From NCBI RefSeq assembly GCF_001194135.2, contig NC_068989.1:81172882-81236881 (forward strand): DNA of 64,000 bases, in the 5' to 3' direction. Under the pieces are notes generated by a model. That model was not told the DNA's origin, ran no database searches, and worked only from the letters and a program-made list of their open reading frames with translations. Position numbers and translations under genes: made by a program. Positions 35,580 to 49,650 of the stretch are shown in pieces. This DNA is from Octopus bimaculoides. Taxonomy: Eukaryota. Numbering within the stretch: the stretch's first letter is position 1; every line of letters starts with the position of its first letter.

Positions 35580-36145
35580 ATGGAGTGGCTGTGTGGTAAG
35601 TAGCTTGCTTACCAACCACATGGTTCCAGGTTCATTCCTACTGTGTGGCACCTTGGGCAAGTGTCTTCTACTATAGCTTCGGGCCGACCAAAGCCTTGTG
35701 AGTGGATTTGGTAGACAGAAACTGAAAGAAGCCTGTCGTATATATNNNNNNNNNNNNNNNNNNNNNNNNNNNNNNNNNNNNNNNNNNNNNNNNNNNNNNN
35801 NNNNNNNNNNNNNNNNNNNNNNNNNNNNNNNNNNNNNNNNNNNNNNNNNNNNNNNNNNNNNNNNNNNNNNNNNNNNNNNNNNNNNNNNNNNNNNNNNNNN
35901 NNNNNNNNNNNNNNNNTGTGTGTGTGTGTGTTTATGTTTGTGTGTCTGTGTTTGTGCCCCCCCCCCCAACATCGCTTGACAACCGATGCTGTTGTGCTTA
36001 CGTCCCCGTAACTTAGCGGTTTGGCAAAAGAGACCGATAGAATAAGTACTAGGCATCCAAAGAATAAGTCCTGGGGTCGATTTGCTCGACTAAAGGTGGT
36101 GCTCCAGCGTGGCCACAGTCAAATGACTGAAACAAGTAAAAGAGT
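35580..36145 (+). mobile_element. SINE family C; the internal microsatellite is collapsed into a gap
   Basis: Same head, core and tail as 16735-17155. Confidence 0.85.
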
Positions 36146-37439
36146 ATGTCCAGAATAAATATGAAGAAACATAGAAATAGCAACTATAACTGTGCTACAA
36201 AGATACACACACATCATCATCATCATCCTTTTACATTTGATTTCCATGGTGACAGAATCATACGAGTCTGGGGATTGTGGCATGCTCTAATGTTTCAGTT
36301 TTGGTGTGGTTTCTATGACTTTATGCTTTTCCAGTGCCAACCGCTTCAGAAAGCGTCCGAGGTAGTTTTAGTGGGTGGGCACCAGTACAACAAGTCTGTT
36401 TTGCAACTAGCAGACTAAAGATTCTAAAAAGTATACACAACTACTCCAACCCTGCTTAAATCACTGAGGAATCTAGGCTCCACAACAACAGCCTTAAGGT
36501 GATACCTAAGAAATCTATTTCCCTTCTTAACTACAACACCACAATTTAACTAATATCAAAATACACCTAACCATCACATTCAACACTGTAGTATACACTC
36601 ACACACACACACACACACACAAAAGAAAAAACAAAATACCAAGAGTTAGATACATCTCTACATCATTTACATCAAACATATAAGCTCTGTCTTAAAAAGA
36701 TTGTATTTAGTATTGATACTGAGTTTTGTGTATGGCAACTAATTTGGAAAATATATATAAAATAATTAATTTAACATACACTTTTTCATGAACACATGGG
36801 TCAAATGGAACTTTATTGGAGCATATTTTCTATGGCAAGATGTCCTTCCTGTCAGCAACTCTCATCTGTTTCTAGGCAAGTGAATATTTCCCTATGATCA
36901 GACATGCGATTATGTGATATCGAAGTAAAGAGATAGTAACACACACACACACACACACACAAACATACATATAAAATATGAGTAGATACATAGTGTACAC
37001 ACACACACACACACATGCTTATATATAAAATATTAATAGAGACATAGTGTACACATACGCTTATGTGTAGGGTTGTTTTGGCATCCTTTTAATTTTTCTT
37101 TTTCAAGAATTTCTACATAATTCTATTTTAGGAAATTAGATCTTACAATTCAGCCAAAACAAAATTTTTTTTTTTTTCAACATGTTAATATTTCCCTTTT
37201 ATTATTTGTTTGCCAGCTGCCTCCATTTGATTTCTGCATAAACAACCTGCTGTACCTATTGCATTTCTAAATTTTGCTTTCGAAATATTGTTTCTGAATT
37301 ACATGTCTGAAACACATGAATTTCCAAAACAAAATTTATCACAAAATATATTTTGCATGGAAGTGGGGTTTATTCCCAAATCTAGCCTTTATGTATATAT
37401 AGACTGACAGAGAGAACAATAGATAATTGGTCCTTTCAG

Positions 37440-40400
37440 TGCCTGGCTTGTGTGTCTGCCTCTACCATTGCTGTTGAACAGCAACAACAAAAACCGATAC
37501 TTGGGTCTTCCTTTACCATTGCTACTGAACAACGGTAAAAACCGACCACTACCACTCTTGTTGAAGAACATCATCCCATGTCTTCCTCTCCCATTACCTC
37601 TCAACAACAACAACTGATGTCTGTGTCTTCCCCTACCATTCCTGTTGAAGAAGAACAACAAAAATCGACCATCAATACAGAGTTTGCGGAAATACAACAA
37701 ATGATTTCTGCTTTAAGCTGAGAAATAGCAGAAATCAAATCAAGCATTCATGTGGAACCCCACAATGAGGGATCTTATTGGAATGCCTTGCTAAAAAATC
37801 TCCCTGTAGCTCTTGCCAAATCTAGATGCATCGAGAAAGCCACTGAATCTGTCAACCATGAAGTAATTGCTATTGGTGTATCAGAGAACATAGCTGACCT
37901 TCTGGCATTTGCCACCAGCTCATCCAAAGACTTAGGCTATACTCCTTCGAAGGGTGCTCTCCACCTTTGTCGACCAGGTCTGAAAGCCAAACTAATCAGG
38001 CCGTCTTTTTCAAACTCTACTGAGGCACTTTCATACCTTTTAGCCTCTGATAAAGCTAAGTGTGAAAATAGGATTACCTTTAGAACAGGGATGAGGGAGA
38101 AGAGAGAAAAACGATGAGTTTTTTTGATCTTGTTAATATTACAGGTATTATTGTCATTATTATTATCATCATCATTATTATTATTTTTAAAGATTACTAC
38201 ATGTATTTCTTAACATTTGACATGCTTCGGAGGGCAGACAAAATTTACCCTTCATATCCCCCTTCCCCATTTCCATTTAATTCAAATGGTTTGCAAATGC
38301 GTCTCAGTAGGTGAAAATATTTCAAGTAAAAATCAAGAAAAAGACCCTCTAATAGTATGTAAATTTAAGTTCACAATCTTATTTATTCTGAAATCAGATT
38401 TGTTTCAACATTCTGTACATCACAATCTTTCTTTCATAACAAACAAGTAGTCTAATACACATGCCATTGGCCTAGTTTCCAAGAGGGCAACAGACATAAT
38501 TACGAAATATTAAAAGTATAACTCATTAATGAGCACTTTTCACACTTGATGAGTTTGTGTGGTTGTTATTCATATTTTTCTCTACTGTTGTGTAAAATTT
38601 CATGTAGTTGCTACGTGGTGGCCACAAAAACAAAAAAACTAGAGCAATTTTAGATGTCTGCCTAACAGTACCGTGTTCTGGAAAAATGTGCATTCAAAGC
38701 AGAGACCTTACTCTCCAGTTGGTCCCCTTCGCAATCCCCACACAAGCCAGATTACTGATGACCTCAAAGAATGTGCAGAACTCATTGCTGAATGCTATGC
38801 AGGAATTTTTACCATTGAAAACTAAAATGTACCATCTCTGCCACCTCTGACATCAAATTCTATAACAGCTATGGAATTTACACCTGCAATGCGATGTCAC
38901 CATAATAATAAGCTCAACTATGCCTCTCTTGGTCTTGATGGTGTTATGTATTTGCTTCTCAAACATGGTGGGTACTTTCTTCTGCAGTAGCTTTCACTCT
39001 TCTTTCAATTCTGTCTTAACAACAGTGCTACTCCAGAGCAGTGGAAAACTGCCAGTGTCATTCCTTGTTCAAAAAGGGTGACCACACATTGCCTGTCAAC
39101 TATAGTCAGTCTTGCTAGCTGCATTGGCAAACTGATGGAATCCGGTGTCAAAGAAACACTCTGGAACTTCTGGGATTCTCACAGCCTTATCTGGTCCTCA
39201 CAATTTGGATTTATCCCTAACTCCAGCTGCTGTGATCAACTTATCAAGTTTCTTGAAGACATCACCCGGGTTACTGATGGTGGCTCATGGGTGGATGTTG
39301 TTTACCTAGACTTTGCTAAAGCTTTTAATTCTGTGCCACACAAAAGACTTATGACAAAACTCTCTGCAATGGGTGTGAAAGATTATCTTTTTAACTAGTT
39401 GGGGTTCTTCATTCTCAGCTAAAAAGAGGTAGTCAGTTCAGGACAGCATCCTTCATCCTATGAGATGTCATCTGGTGTGCTGCAGGGATCTATTCTTGGT
39501 TCCCTTTTTGTTTGTTGCATACATTAATGACATAGATGCCAACTTAAAGAATGCCACAAGCTGAAATATGCAGATGACATCAAGGACAGATCCTGAACAC
39601 TACACAGGGTGTGTAAGGTATTTGAGGACACACCATTTTGGGGTCATTGCTGCATTTTTTGTTAACTCTGTATAATCTTTGTTTCAGAAAATAATAATGG
39701 CAGACCCTCAGCTTACTCAAGAAATGAAGAGGCATTCTGTTATTGTGGTTATAATGGTTGAGCATAGTGATGAAGGTTTATTTTTATCCTTATAGCATTT
39801 TTTGATAAATAAAGTTATCTGTTATTATATCATCATCGTCGTTTAACGTCCGCTTTCCATGCTAGCATGGGTTGGACGATTTGACTGAGGACTGGTGAAA
39901 CCGGATGGCAACACCAGGCTCCAATCTAATTTGGCAGAGTTTCTACAGCTGGATGCCCTTCCTAACGCCATATCTGGGTTTTTTTTTATAAACATAAAGC
40001 TGACCCCAAATATTTTACGCACTCTGTAGATCTTTCCTGCAATCAGACCTGGACACAATGCAGCAATGGATCACAGACTGGCAACTCAAGCTGGTTGCGG
40101 ACAAGTGTATCACCAGGCATTTCAGGAGTAATAACCCAGCATCCACATACTCCATTCACAACACTAATATCAAGAACTCTTCCCGTGAACATCACCTGGG
40201 CATTACTGTCAGCAGTGATTTGTGCTGGACAAGGCACATCTCTAAAATTGTCAAGAAGGCCGAGGGTGTCTTGGCATCAGTCAGCAACACCTTTGTCAGC
40301 TGCTCTTCAGCTATTTATTTAAAGCTGCATATGGCTATGATGCAGCCACATTTGGAATTTGCATCACCAGTCTGGAATCCCCATTCTTGCTCCTGGAAAC

Positions 40401-40917
40401 TGTTCAGAGACATAAAACCAAGCAAATACCCTCCATCGGGTATCTACCATACTCTGAACACCTGAGCATGGATACACTGAAGCTCCAACGTCTCGCAACT
40501 GACTTGGTAAACACCCACAAAATTATTAGCCATCATGCCAACAACAATCTTGAGCACCTTTTTGAATTTCATGTCTCTAACACATGTGGGCATGCCTACA
40601 AAGTCAGAAAACAGCACAGCTCCCATGGCTTTCAGAAACATTTTTTCACACTCAGAATTGCTGAAGCATGGAACAAGCTACCTGCATTAGTTGTTAGCTG
40701 CTGAGACATTGCATCCTTTAAAACCTCAATGCTTCCTGAAATTCACCATCACTACACCTGATATCCCCCTGCTCCATATGCATCCACACCTGTATATCAT
40801 GACTCATACACTGTTCACTTTCCTGACATTTGTGCATAATTCTATGTACTATAGATGCACTTTTGATAAGTTGTAGTGCACCTGAGCACTACACACAATA
40901 ATTTCATTATTATTATA
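37440..40917 (+). mobile_element. Degraded, interrupted CR1-type LINE: ORF1 relic ~37440-38115; ORF2 ~38600-39590 and ~40030-40760; 3' UTR with (ATT)n tail
   Basis: RT motifs QFGF, VDVVYLDFAKAFNSVPHKRL, GVLQGSILG, KYADD. Later WQLKL..DKC, LEFASPVWNP, LETVQR, FFTLRIAEAWNKLP. Upstream frame has a coiled-coil-like FAEIQQMISALS*EIAEIK and VIAIGVSE...LIRPSF. Confidence 0.85.
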
Positions 40918-42239
40918 ATATCATATATAGACAGTGTGAAAGAAAGACCAAGAGGAAAAAACAAATTTTGATATTTGTCCACTTAGTGTTAACATATATT
41001 CAATTTCATAAAGCTGGTAATGTTCTTCACACAATAGCAGATTATGCAAATATATCAACTCTTAAAATCCTATCCCACAAGTAACTATTGTTGCCATGTC
41101 CCAAACTGTATGTAATAGCAATTCAAATAGTGTTGAAAAGGAACTGAAAAATAGGATCTAAGCATTCTTCTGTGTGAGGATCAAAGTTTAATCTCAGTTT
41201 GCAATGTCTGTGCTTATGTTTTTGCATTTTATTGAGTGAATTTCTCTGGATTTTCATTCCTTTGATTTTCAAGCTTAATGGTGGTTTAATACATCAAGCA
41301 GTGTGTTTGAATCCAGTGATATTATTCATTAATGATATATTTATTGTTATTCATGATTTAATTAGAGAAAGACAGCTTGGATTTCTAAAAACAATAATTA
41401 GGGTGATATTTCAGTGTCAGTTAAGTTATTAGGATTTATAGATTTTGAGTAGGAGAGGAATAATCATATAACCAATATTGCATTGATGCTTTCATAAATG
41501 AACGATACAGATTTTAAAATAATTTACTCTTAAATGAAGCATCTTGTCATACTAGTGAGTTTATGATAATGTAATTATTGTAAGAACAGTAAGTAACACT
41601 AATTTATAGAGCCTTACAAAACATTTGAATGGAAGAAATGGAGATATATTTTGGAATGCTTTATCTAATGAGAGTTGTGCAGCTTCCAAATTACAGAGAT
41701 TATCTCAAACACAAATTCAGTTCTGAGACAGGAAATCAATCCAGGTATCAATTAACTAGTATTCAACCAACTTGGGCAGGTGAAAGTGATATGGCAAGAG
41801 GTAAAAATCAGCTAAAAACCACATTTGCAGGGTACACCAATGATCATAATATCATAAGCAAATTTCATCCAAAATCATACAACAGTTATTTATTACGAAT
41901 TTTTTTTTTTATATTGAACTGCATTTCTTCAAAATGTCTAGTTTTTAACAGGATTGGGAGGTTTACATAAATATAGATATTTATAACAAGATTTTAAGAG
42001 TTAAGGCCAGAAACAGAAATTAGGTAGCATTTAATTGTCTAAAACGGAATTAAATTAAATTAGAAACAATTTATAATACATAACCTGACAAGACAAATTT
42101 TGAGAAAATAATATTCTAGCACAAGAAAAAACTAACAAATGAAAAGCTATCATTTTTAATACTTCTTTTTCTTTCATTTTATGTCAATTTTTCCCTGCAA
42201 GCATAGGTTAGACAAATACATATTATTGAAGTAGTCATA

Positions 42240-42610
42240 GATGATGCTAGTGTCATATAACTGGCACCTGTGCTGGTGGCACGTAAAAAGTACCCTTTGA
42301 ACTTTGGGCCTCACAGAGGCAGTGACAAGTGAACGAGACCTTCAGCAATATACTGCGCTTGAGAAGACCTGTCAAGTTAAGTGAGATCATAGTCGTGGCC
42401 AATGCCGGTGTTTCGTAACTGGCAGCCATGCTGGTGGTACATAAAAAGCACTCACTAGACTCTTGGATTGGTTGGCATTAGGAAGGACATCCAGCTGTAA
42501 AAACCATGCCAAATCAGATTAAAACCTGGTGCAGCACCCCAGCTTAACAGTTTTCAGTCAAACTGTCCAACCCATGCAAGTCTGGAAAACAGGCATTAAA
42601 TGATGATGAA
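42240..42610 (+). mobile_element. RTE-type LINE 3' UTR fragment
   Basis: gaactttgggcctcacagaggc...gtggcacgtaaaaag...ccaacccatgc similar to 60780-61303. Confidence 0.7.
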
Positions 42611-42728
42611 GTATTGTTTATTTTTTTAGAATGAGAGGATTGGATATGGTTGTTTAGACACTGACAATTTCACATGGCTGACAAGACATGCAACACGTTT
42701 TGGTGATAGTACATTTTGCCACTGGAGA

Positions 42729-42729
<1 letters not shown>

Positions 42730-42798
<69 letters not shown>

Positions 42799-42830
42799 AA
42801 CACATACAAATACATACAGAAATAGACACA
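42730..42830 (+). repeat. (CA)n microsatellite
   Basis: About 30 perfect CA units followed by degenerate units. Confidence 0.95.
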
Positions 42831-43724
42831 TACAAATAAAGACAGAGGGCGAGAGGGGCATCATAATTTGTTACTTGAATATGATTGACATAAATACTTT
42901 CCTTCTCCACATAAAGAGAAAAAGTGTCACAAAGAAATAAAGAAAGAGAGACAAGAGAAACATTAAAATGTCTGATGTCAAATAAGTCAACATCAAATCA
43001 GTGATGCCAAATAGGTGGTTTCAAATGACTACCAAAACATCTCATACCCTTGTTTTCTTGCAGCTAGATGCTCTTTCCATTCACTAACTCTTGTCTCTTT
43101 TCAAGATATTTTTCATACCACTCATCTTTGAAAGCACAGACCCACTAGATGGTTTATTGACAATTCCTTGTCAACGAACAATACTATCTGCAGCTCAATA
43201 CTTTTCTAAGTAAAATACACAAAGAAGACACTCACTCACTCACCACACACAACAGGGTTCTGTACATCACCACCATCATTTACTCACAAGACATTTGTCA
43301 ACCTGGGGTTATTGTAGAAGATACTAGTCCAAAGTGCAGGGTAGTGAGACTAAATACAAAACCTTGTGGTTGAGAAGCAAACTTCTTAACCACTCTGCCA
43401 TAGCAGCACCTAATACATAATAAATAAAGCTCAACATTAAACTTTGGTAACATCTGTAATATAAGCTACCAGTTTATATATTTCCCAATGACTGCAGCAA
43501 AATACATGCCACTTTCATATGTTGACACGATAACTGTAGTTTAAACATTTTGCATTCAGATTACTGTCAAATGTAATGCCTGTTTATTCACAGTTTTGAA
43601 TTAATTGTGCAATATCTCATAGCTTTGAGGTTTTGATGAGATAATTAATTTTCAGAATGATATTGTAGGGTGGATGTGAGTGTTCTGATCTGGCCGGTTT
43701 TAACATATTCATACAGGTGTGTGT

Positions 43725-43737
43725 GTACATATGTGTA

Positions 43738-43785
<48 letters not shown>

Positions 43786-43895
43786 CACATATACAAACAT
43801 GCATACATACACACACACACACACACACAGAGAGAGACACACATATATAAACACACACGCATGCATACATACATACATACATGCATACATACATG
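43725..43895 (+). repeat. Compound (TG)n(TA)n(CA)n(TACA)n microsatellite, internal part of a family C SINE relic
   Basis: Directly visible; followed by gatgggtttcc..cagtttccatctaccaaat as in family C. Confidence 0.85.
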
Positions 43896-45344
43896 ATGGG
43901 TTTCCTCACAGTTTCCATCTACCAAATTTCAGAATGTAGCCTAAGTATCTGATGCTGTCATAAGACATACTTGCCTAAGCCACTGTGTAGTAGGACTGAA
44001 CCCTAAATCATATGACTATGTCAGTGCTGTGCAAATTTACATTTTAAAATATTGACAACAATAGACATCAATTGCTCAATAACATTTTTCTTTCGTAACA
44101 ACACCTGATATTGATCTTGTGATTTTATGAAAAAATATTGTCCAATCTAATGCATTAATATTGTTATACTGCCAACAAAATATAATAATTTGAAGGTCAA
44201 AAGTGAAAAAAATAAGGTTAGATAATGCTTATGTTGTTGGTTTAAATTGATGCAGATCATTTAATGTAAAACACATCATCATCATTATTTAACGTTTGCC
44301 TTCCATGCTGGATTGGGTCAGACAGTTTGACAGGAGCTGTCCAAGCAGAAGACTGCACCAGACTTCTGTGTCTGTTTTGACATGATTTTTTATGGCTGGA
44401 TGCCCTTCCTAACACCAGTAGATGAATTCCTTATTTTGTAAAATACATGCAGTTTTGTTTGAGGTGAAAAATTATTCAAAATGATGATAGACTGAAATCA
44501 TGGAACCTTAATAGTGTTCATTCTTCAGGCATAATGCAATTAAAGTCATTGCAGTCATCTACGTAGCATTTCTTATAACATCTTATAATGTACCTTATGA
44601 ATGTGCTGTGTTGATAGGCAAGTTAACTGCAGTATTTGTCCTGAGATAACACCTCTTATACAACACAATGTGTTAAAAGCACAATAAATATTGAAGGGAA
44701 ATGAAAATTTGTCTCTGCAGCAGCTAGCAAAAACACCAGATGCATTTTGGCTTTTTCCATGACATGTACTCACAACCAGTCACATGTTCAGATGAGGATT
44801 CATCTCCTCGGACATTGGAAACCGTGAATGGAATATTCACTGATGTTGCAAATAGCTGCCTGGCTGAATAAATATCCAATATATGCAATTGAGACAGTAT
44901 GAAACTAAAATAGCCACCTATGAATCATAATGTATATACACTGTTGATAGGATAGTTACTGGGGTATTTATTCTGAGATAACAACTGTTATGTATGTGTA
45001 ATGTTAAAAACACAATAAATATTGGAGAAAAATAAAAACATGTCCCAGCAGTGTCTAGCAAGAACACCAGAGCTGTTATTCTTCTGTATATAAGTGGCAA
45101 ATTGGCAGAGTCGTGATACTTGTTCCAACTCCAGCCACTATGAGTTCAAATTCTGCTGAGGTCAGCTTTGCTGTTTATCCCTTTTGGGATTAATAAAAGA
45201 AAAAGACAAGCACCAACCCCAGGCAGTGGATTAATGGAACTGTAATAAAATCAGACTTGATGTCTTGCAGTATTTGTTCTGAGTTCAAAGCCTGCCATGT
45301 CCTACTTGAGTGGCAGACTTAGTCCTTCACCCAATTTAATATCA

Positions 45345-45723
45345 ACATAAGAAGCATAAGAAGCATCAAATGTGGTGTGCAAGAGAGATGACTGCACTGG
45401 TATGGTCATGTGTTATGTATGGATGAGGACAGCTGCATGAGGAAGTGTCACTCCCTAACTGTGGAAGGAAATTGTGGAAGAGGTAGACGCAGGAAGACAT
45501 GGGATGAGGTGGTGAAGCATGACCTTCGAACACTGGGTTTCACAGAGATAATGACAGGAGACCAAGACCTTTGAGAAGACTTGGCAACTAAAGTGAGATT
45601 GCAGCCATGCATGTCCGACCCAGTTAAGAGTACCCCTGGTGCAGCTGCTGGCTCTCCAGACCTCTGTCAAACTATCCAACCCATGCCAGCATGGAAAATG
45701 GATGTTAAATGATGAGGATGATG
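45345..45723 (+). mobile_element. Decayed RTE-type LINE 3' fragment
   Basis: IRSIKCGVQER..WYGHVLCMDEDSCMRKCHSLTVEGNCGRGR; shared 3' end. Confidence 0.75.
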
Positions 45724-47904
45724 TATATACAAATACATATATATATATTTGTAGACAAACAAACATTGGGGGTTATCTGTTCAGATGAACATGGTTTGGT
45801 CACTTAGAACAAAGAACACAAGCTATTGGTGTTGTTTTGTCAAAAACAAGGAAATGAATGAATCAGATGCCTATCACAACACTCTGATATGGTCTCAGTC
45901 AAAGCAAAATATCTTTTCTTGGACTCGTTGCTTTTAATAAAATACACACACACACACACACAGATGATTCTTGAATAAGGAACAGAAGAGGTCTGTAACA
46001 CTGGGAGTTGGTCATTATTCCTAGCAGGGTGACTGATCACAAAGAGAATCTCTTGCTGGTTGGATTATTGACCCATTGATCATTAAGTTGTGGTTCTTGT
46101 TCACTGAATAAAAGGATTCCACTGATCCCAACAGGTCAGATACGTTTCACAGAAGTCCAACTCTGATAATGTACTCTATTGAATAAGAGCTGATTTGAAC
46201 CACCTAACTGATTTTACTAAAACTGGATATGTATTACTGAACACCTTTAAGCTTTTTTCTTTGTCTCAATGGACATCATTAACACCAAGGTTTTGTAGCT
46301 ATATCTGTGATGTCTTAATCTTGTAATATACCATTAAAAACTCCACATCACCATTGTGCCAAAGTCTGAATATGTTTAAGTAAAGATTTAGCTGTACAAT
46401 TAACAGTTGAACCCTTTAGCATTTGGATTATTCTGCCAAACGTAATGCTTAATATTCACATGTGTGACTGTTTTTAGAATTACATTATAAGGTAAGCATG
46501 GGAGGCTGCACTTGGCCAGTTTCAACATAAAACAGGTAGAATATTTGAACGTGATATGGTCAATTTACATATTAAACAATGAAGTGATGTAATTAACTAG
46601 TTTTAATCTCCCAACTGCCTAAATTTCAACTTTGCGGTGAAGAACATGGTTCAAGAACAAACTAACACGTTTCCTGGTAATACATAGTTGTGGGAATTGT
46701 TTAAAATAACAATAGGCAACAGATAATCTAGAATAGAGAGTGGAATGTTAGAGTCAGATGGAATCTGAGGCAGATTTTCTATGGCCAAATGCCCTTCCTG
46801 CCACTAACTCTGACCTGTTTGTGGCAAGGTAATATGACCAAACATGTTTTTTCCATTGAAGACTGGATACAAACATCACTTGTACGACTGTGGTGCTCAC
46901 TTACAACCATCACATAATGTTAGAATAAGGGTACACACACACACACACATACATATAAACACACACACCTTTTATTATATATGTTGTTTACATTCTACAG
47001 ATTCCGCATTAAGCCGTTTGAGCAAAAAATGGTGACGTTATATCAATATTCCCTACCAACAAATAATCCTCTAACTCGGTGCTTTTCAAGACAAGTCAAA
47101 TAAAACATCCCTTACTTGAAAAATGAGTAAGAAAGGCATTTGGCTGTAAAACAGTGCTTCAGTAATAAGTATTCTTCCAACCCATACTAGCCATGGAGAA
47201 ATGGACACAAAACAGACAAATGAACACAAAATCTATAATTAGAGCTCTGTTATTTAGCAAGCCATTCCAAATGACAATTGTTAATTAACTATGTGCAAAA
47301 GTGCAATAACTGTGACTGCATTATTTTCTCTTTTACATCTACAGTATTAGGTTTACATTTTTGATATTCACCTTTCATAGTAGTAAAGTAACAGAAATGG
47401 TAGAAAGCTAGACAAAATGTCCTTCACTATTTAATCTCATCATTTTACATTCTCAACACAAAATTCCACTCTGGTAGACATTGTCGTTCATCCCTCTTGA
47501 CTACATAAATTAAACAAAAAGCATGTACTGGGATATTTCACCTATAAATTTTGTGGCCTTGTGCCAATGTTAAAAAGCATTATGCAGACTTTGTTTATGG
47601 CCCTAAATGAAATTGCTTGGTAGTGAATCTACTATCAATTATCATCATCATATTATTGAGGGAGTCTAAAAAAATTAATCCTTAATACATAAATATTATC
47701 ATTATGCAACAATGATAAAAAAAAAAAAGGTGGGTGCTGAAAAGCATAAAAGCATGACTGAAAAAATTGCCATAACTGCTAGATATAATTCCTTGCAATC
47801 AATATTATTCAAATGAAAAATCCTTAGAGCTTGTCCCAACTTTCAGTTTCATGAGGCCTTTTCCCCTCTCCATAATAGCAAAGTATTTGAAGTATCAAGA
47901 AATA

Positions 47905-48120
47905 TTGGTTTCAAATTGTAGAACAAGGCCAGCAATTTTGGGGGCGGGGGTAAGTCAAACACATCAACCTTGGTGCTCGACCAGTACTTATTTTATTGAC
48001 CCTGAAAGGATGACAAGTAAGGTCAACTCCAGCAATATTTGAACTCAATGTAACAACAGCCAAAATGCCAATAAGCATTTTACCCAGCATACCAACAATT
48101 CTGCCAACTCACTGCCTTAT
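47905..48120 (-). mobile_element. Decayed SINE family B
   Basis: Reverse complement of the family B body, ~200 bp downstream of coding exon 1. Confidence 0.7.
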
Positions 48121-48316
48121 AGTATCAAGAAATATTAACAATAGGTATTATAGAGTTGGTTCAGTTCTCATTTCTTTATTATTATTGTTTTTTTTGGTTG
48201 AATCTTGAAATAACTGTAGTCAGCTTAAACGGATAAAAATACTTCCAACAACATGCTAATGAATATTGATTAATGTTTAAATGGAAAAGCACACTGAATA
48301 GATGCCAAATTCTTAC

Positions 48317-48421
48317 TTGGTGACTGTGTGTAGTCCATCGAGTAGTTCTTCTCATAGCAGTCACAACTAGAGATATTTCACCTTGGATTATGTAAATTCC
48401 ATATTTTGGAGGGCCCATCAT
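48317..48421 (-). CDS. GBF1: GBF1 coding exon 1 (MMGPPKYGIYIIQGEISLVVTAMRRTTRWTTHSHQ)
   Basis: 105 nt, phase 0 donor CAA|GTAAGA. A tttttcag acceptor at 48436-48437 implies 14 nt of 5' UTR and an upstream non-coding exon. Resembles the GBF1 N-terminus IYIIQGEINIVVGAIKRNARW. Confidence 0.93.
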
Positions 48422-49354
48422 GACAGGTTACTAGTCTGAAAAAATATATAATAATTTTAGTAAAATATAATTAGCTTTGGTATTATTATTTATGAACAAC
48501 AATTAGCTGGCATTAAAAAAAAAAAACATAAAGAGATTTGGCAAGGGCAAACCATAAAAGGTTTAGCAAGGTATCAATCAGGTCAACTGAAAAAAAAAAT
48601 CATTTCCAGTATACAATTCATGTTGAAATCTTCAATGTGGAAACCTACATACAAGCAACTCAGTAAAAAAAGGGACCTAAAACCCTTCTTTTGTTACTTC
48701 CCAAATGTAAAGATTTTACTTCATCAAAAGTCTTTTTAATTTGTTATATACAAAGTTGCCTTGAGTAGGGTTTGACTGTAAAACTATATAGTGCAGAAAG
48801 GGCCAAGAGAGCAGATTGGTGGTTTACTGATACAGAAATACAAACCAGGACTTGATCAACCCTGGCTGGATCAACTAAGGGAGGGGGTCTGATGTTGAAA
48901 GACCTGAAACCCCTAAAGACCCCAGAATCATGCACTATCAGTGGATAGTGCATCCCAGAGCATCCAGGATATGTATCTTGGAACAAAGCACTGAAAAATT
49001 GAATATAATTGAATATATGTTTCCTGACCATATAATTCAATGGATGCAACTGAATTGATACAGTGTACCAACTAAAGTGCATTATGATAAATATCCTTGA
49101 TAGAACATGTTGGAAGGAGATTAAGACCAAAGGAAGACAAGGGTGGAAGTCGCTGGTAAAAGCTGATGTGAAAATGCTGAATATTTACAAAGAAAATAAC
49201 AAAGGAATGCAACAAATGGCAGGACGCTGCATTGGGAAGGACCCAGCCAACCATGTAAGTAGGGAAAAGCAGAATATGTGGTTGCTTGATCTACTAGTAA
49301 CAGTTGCTTCATCACCTTCAAACTAATCCTGAACTGACATTCTGTTGGTTGCGA

Positions 49355-49650
49355 TGTAGGTTTCTGTTGATTTGATCAATGAAGCAGCCTGCTTATGAAA
49401 TTAACATACAAGTGGCTGAGCACTCCACAGACACATGTACCCTCAATGTAGTCCTCAGGGAGATTCAGCCTAACACAGAATGTGACAAGGCTGGCCCTTT
49501 GAATTACAGGTACAACTCATTTTGTACTGGAGCAACATGGAATAAAGTGTCTTGCTCAAGGATATATCATGCTGCCACGTATCAAAGTCATAATCGTCGA
49601 CCGTGAGACAAATACTCAAACCAAACCATTAAGCCACATGCCTTCATTAA
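49355..49650 (-). mobile_element. Older SINE sharing the family A 3' half but with a CORE-like 5' part
   Basis: gtggctgagcactccacagacac...gtgacaaggctggccctttgaattacagg matches family A. The adjacent part (aaagtgtcttgctcaagg) instead matches the family at 31083. Confidence 0.65.

Larger units (their letters stand above)
161..48435 (-). other. GBF1: GBF1-like gene span, 5' half; continues beyond the left edge of the window
   Basis: Ten exons with GT-AG boundaries and compatible phases join to 1686 nt (562 aa). They match remembered GBF1 motifs: [100 protein letters not shown]. Confidence 0.95.

Noticed and set aside
42626-43939. ORFs with CVCV, HTHT or YIYI runs
   Set aside because: Translations of (CA)/(TG)/(TA) microsatellites.
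44774-44863. 90-nt exon-like segment with GTGAGT donor and an in-frame TGA (poison-exon candidate)
   Set aside because: Modest acceptor and no supporting evidence; such pseudo-exons are expected in an 18-kb intron.
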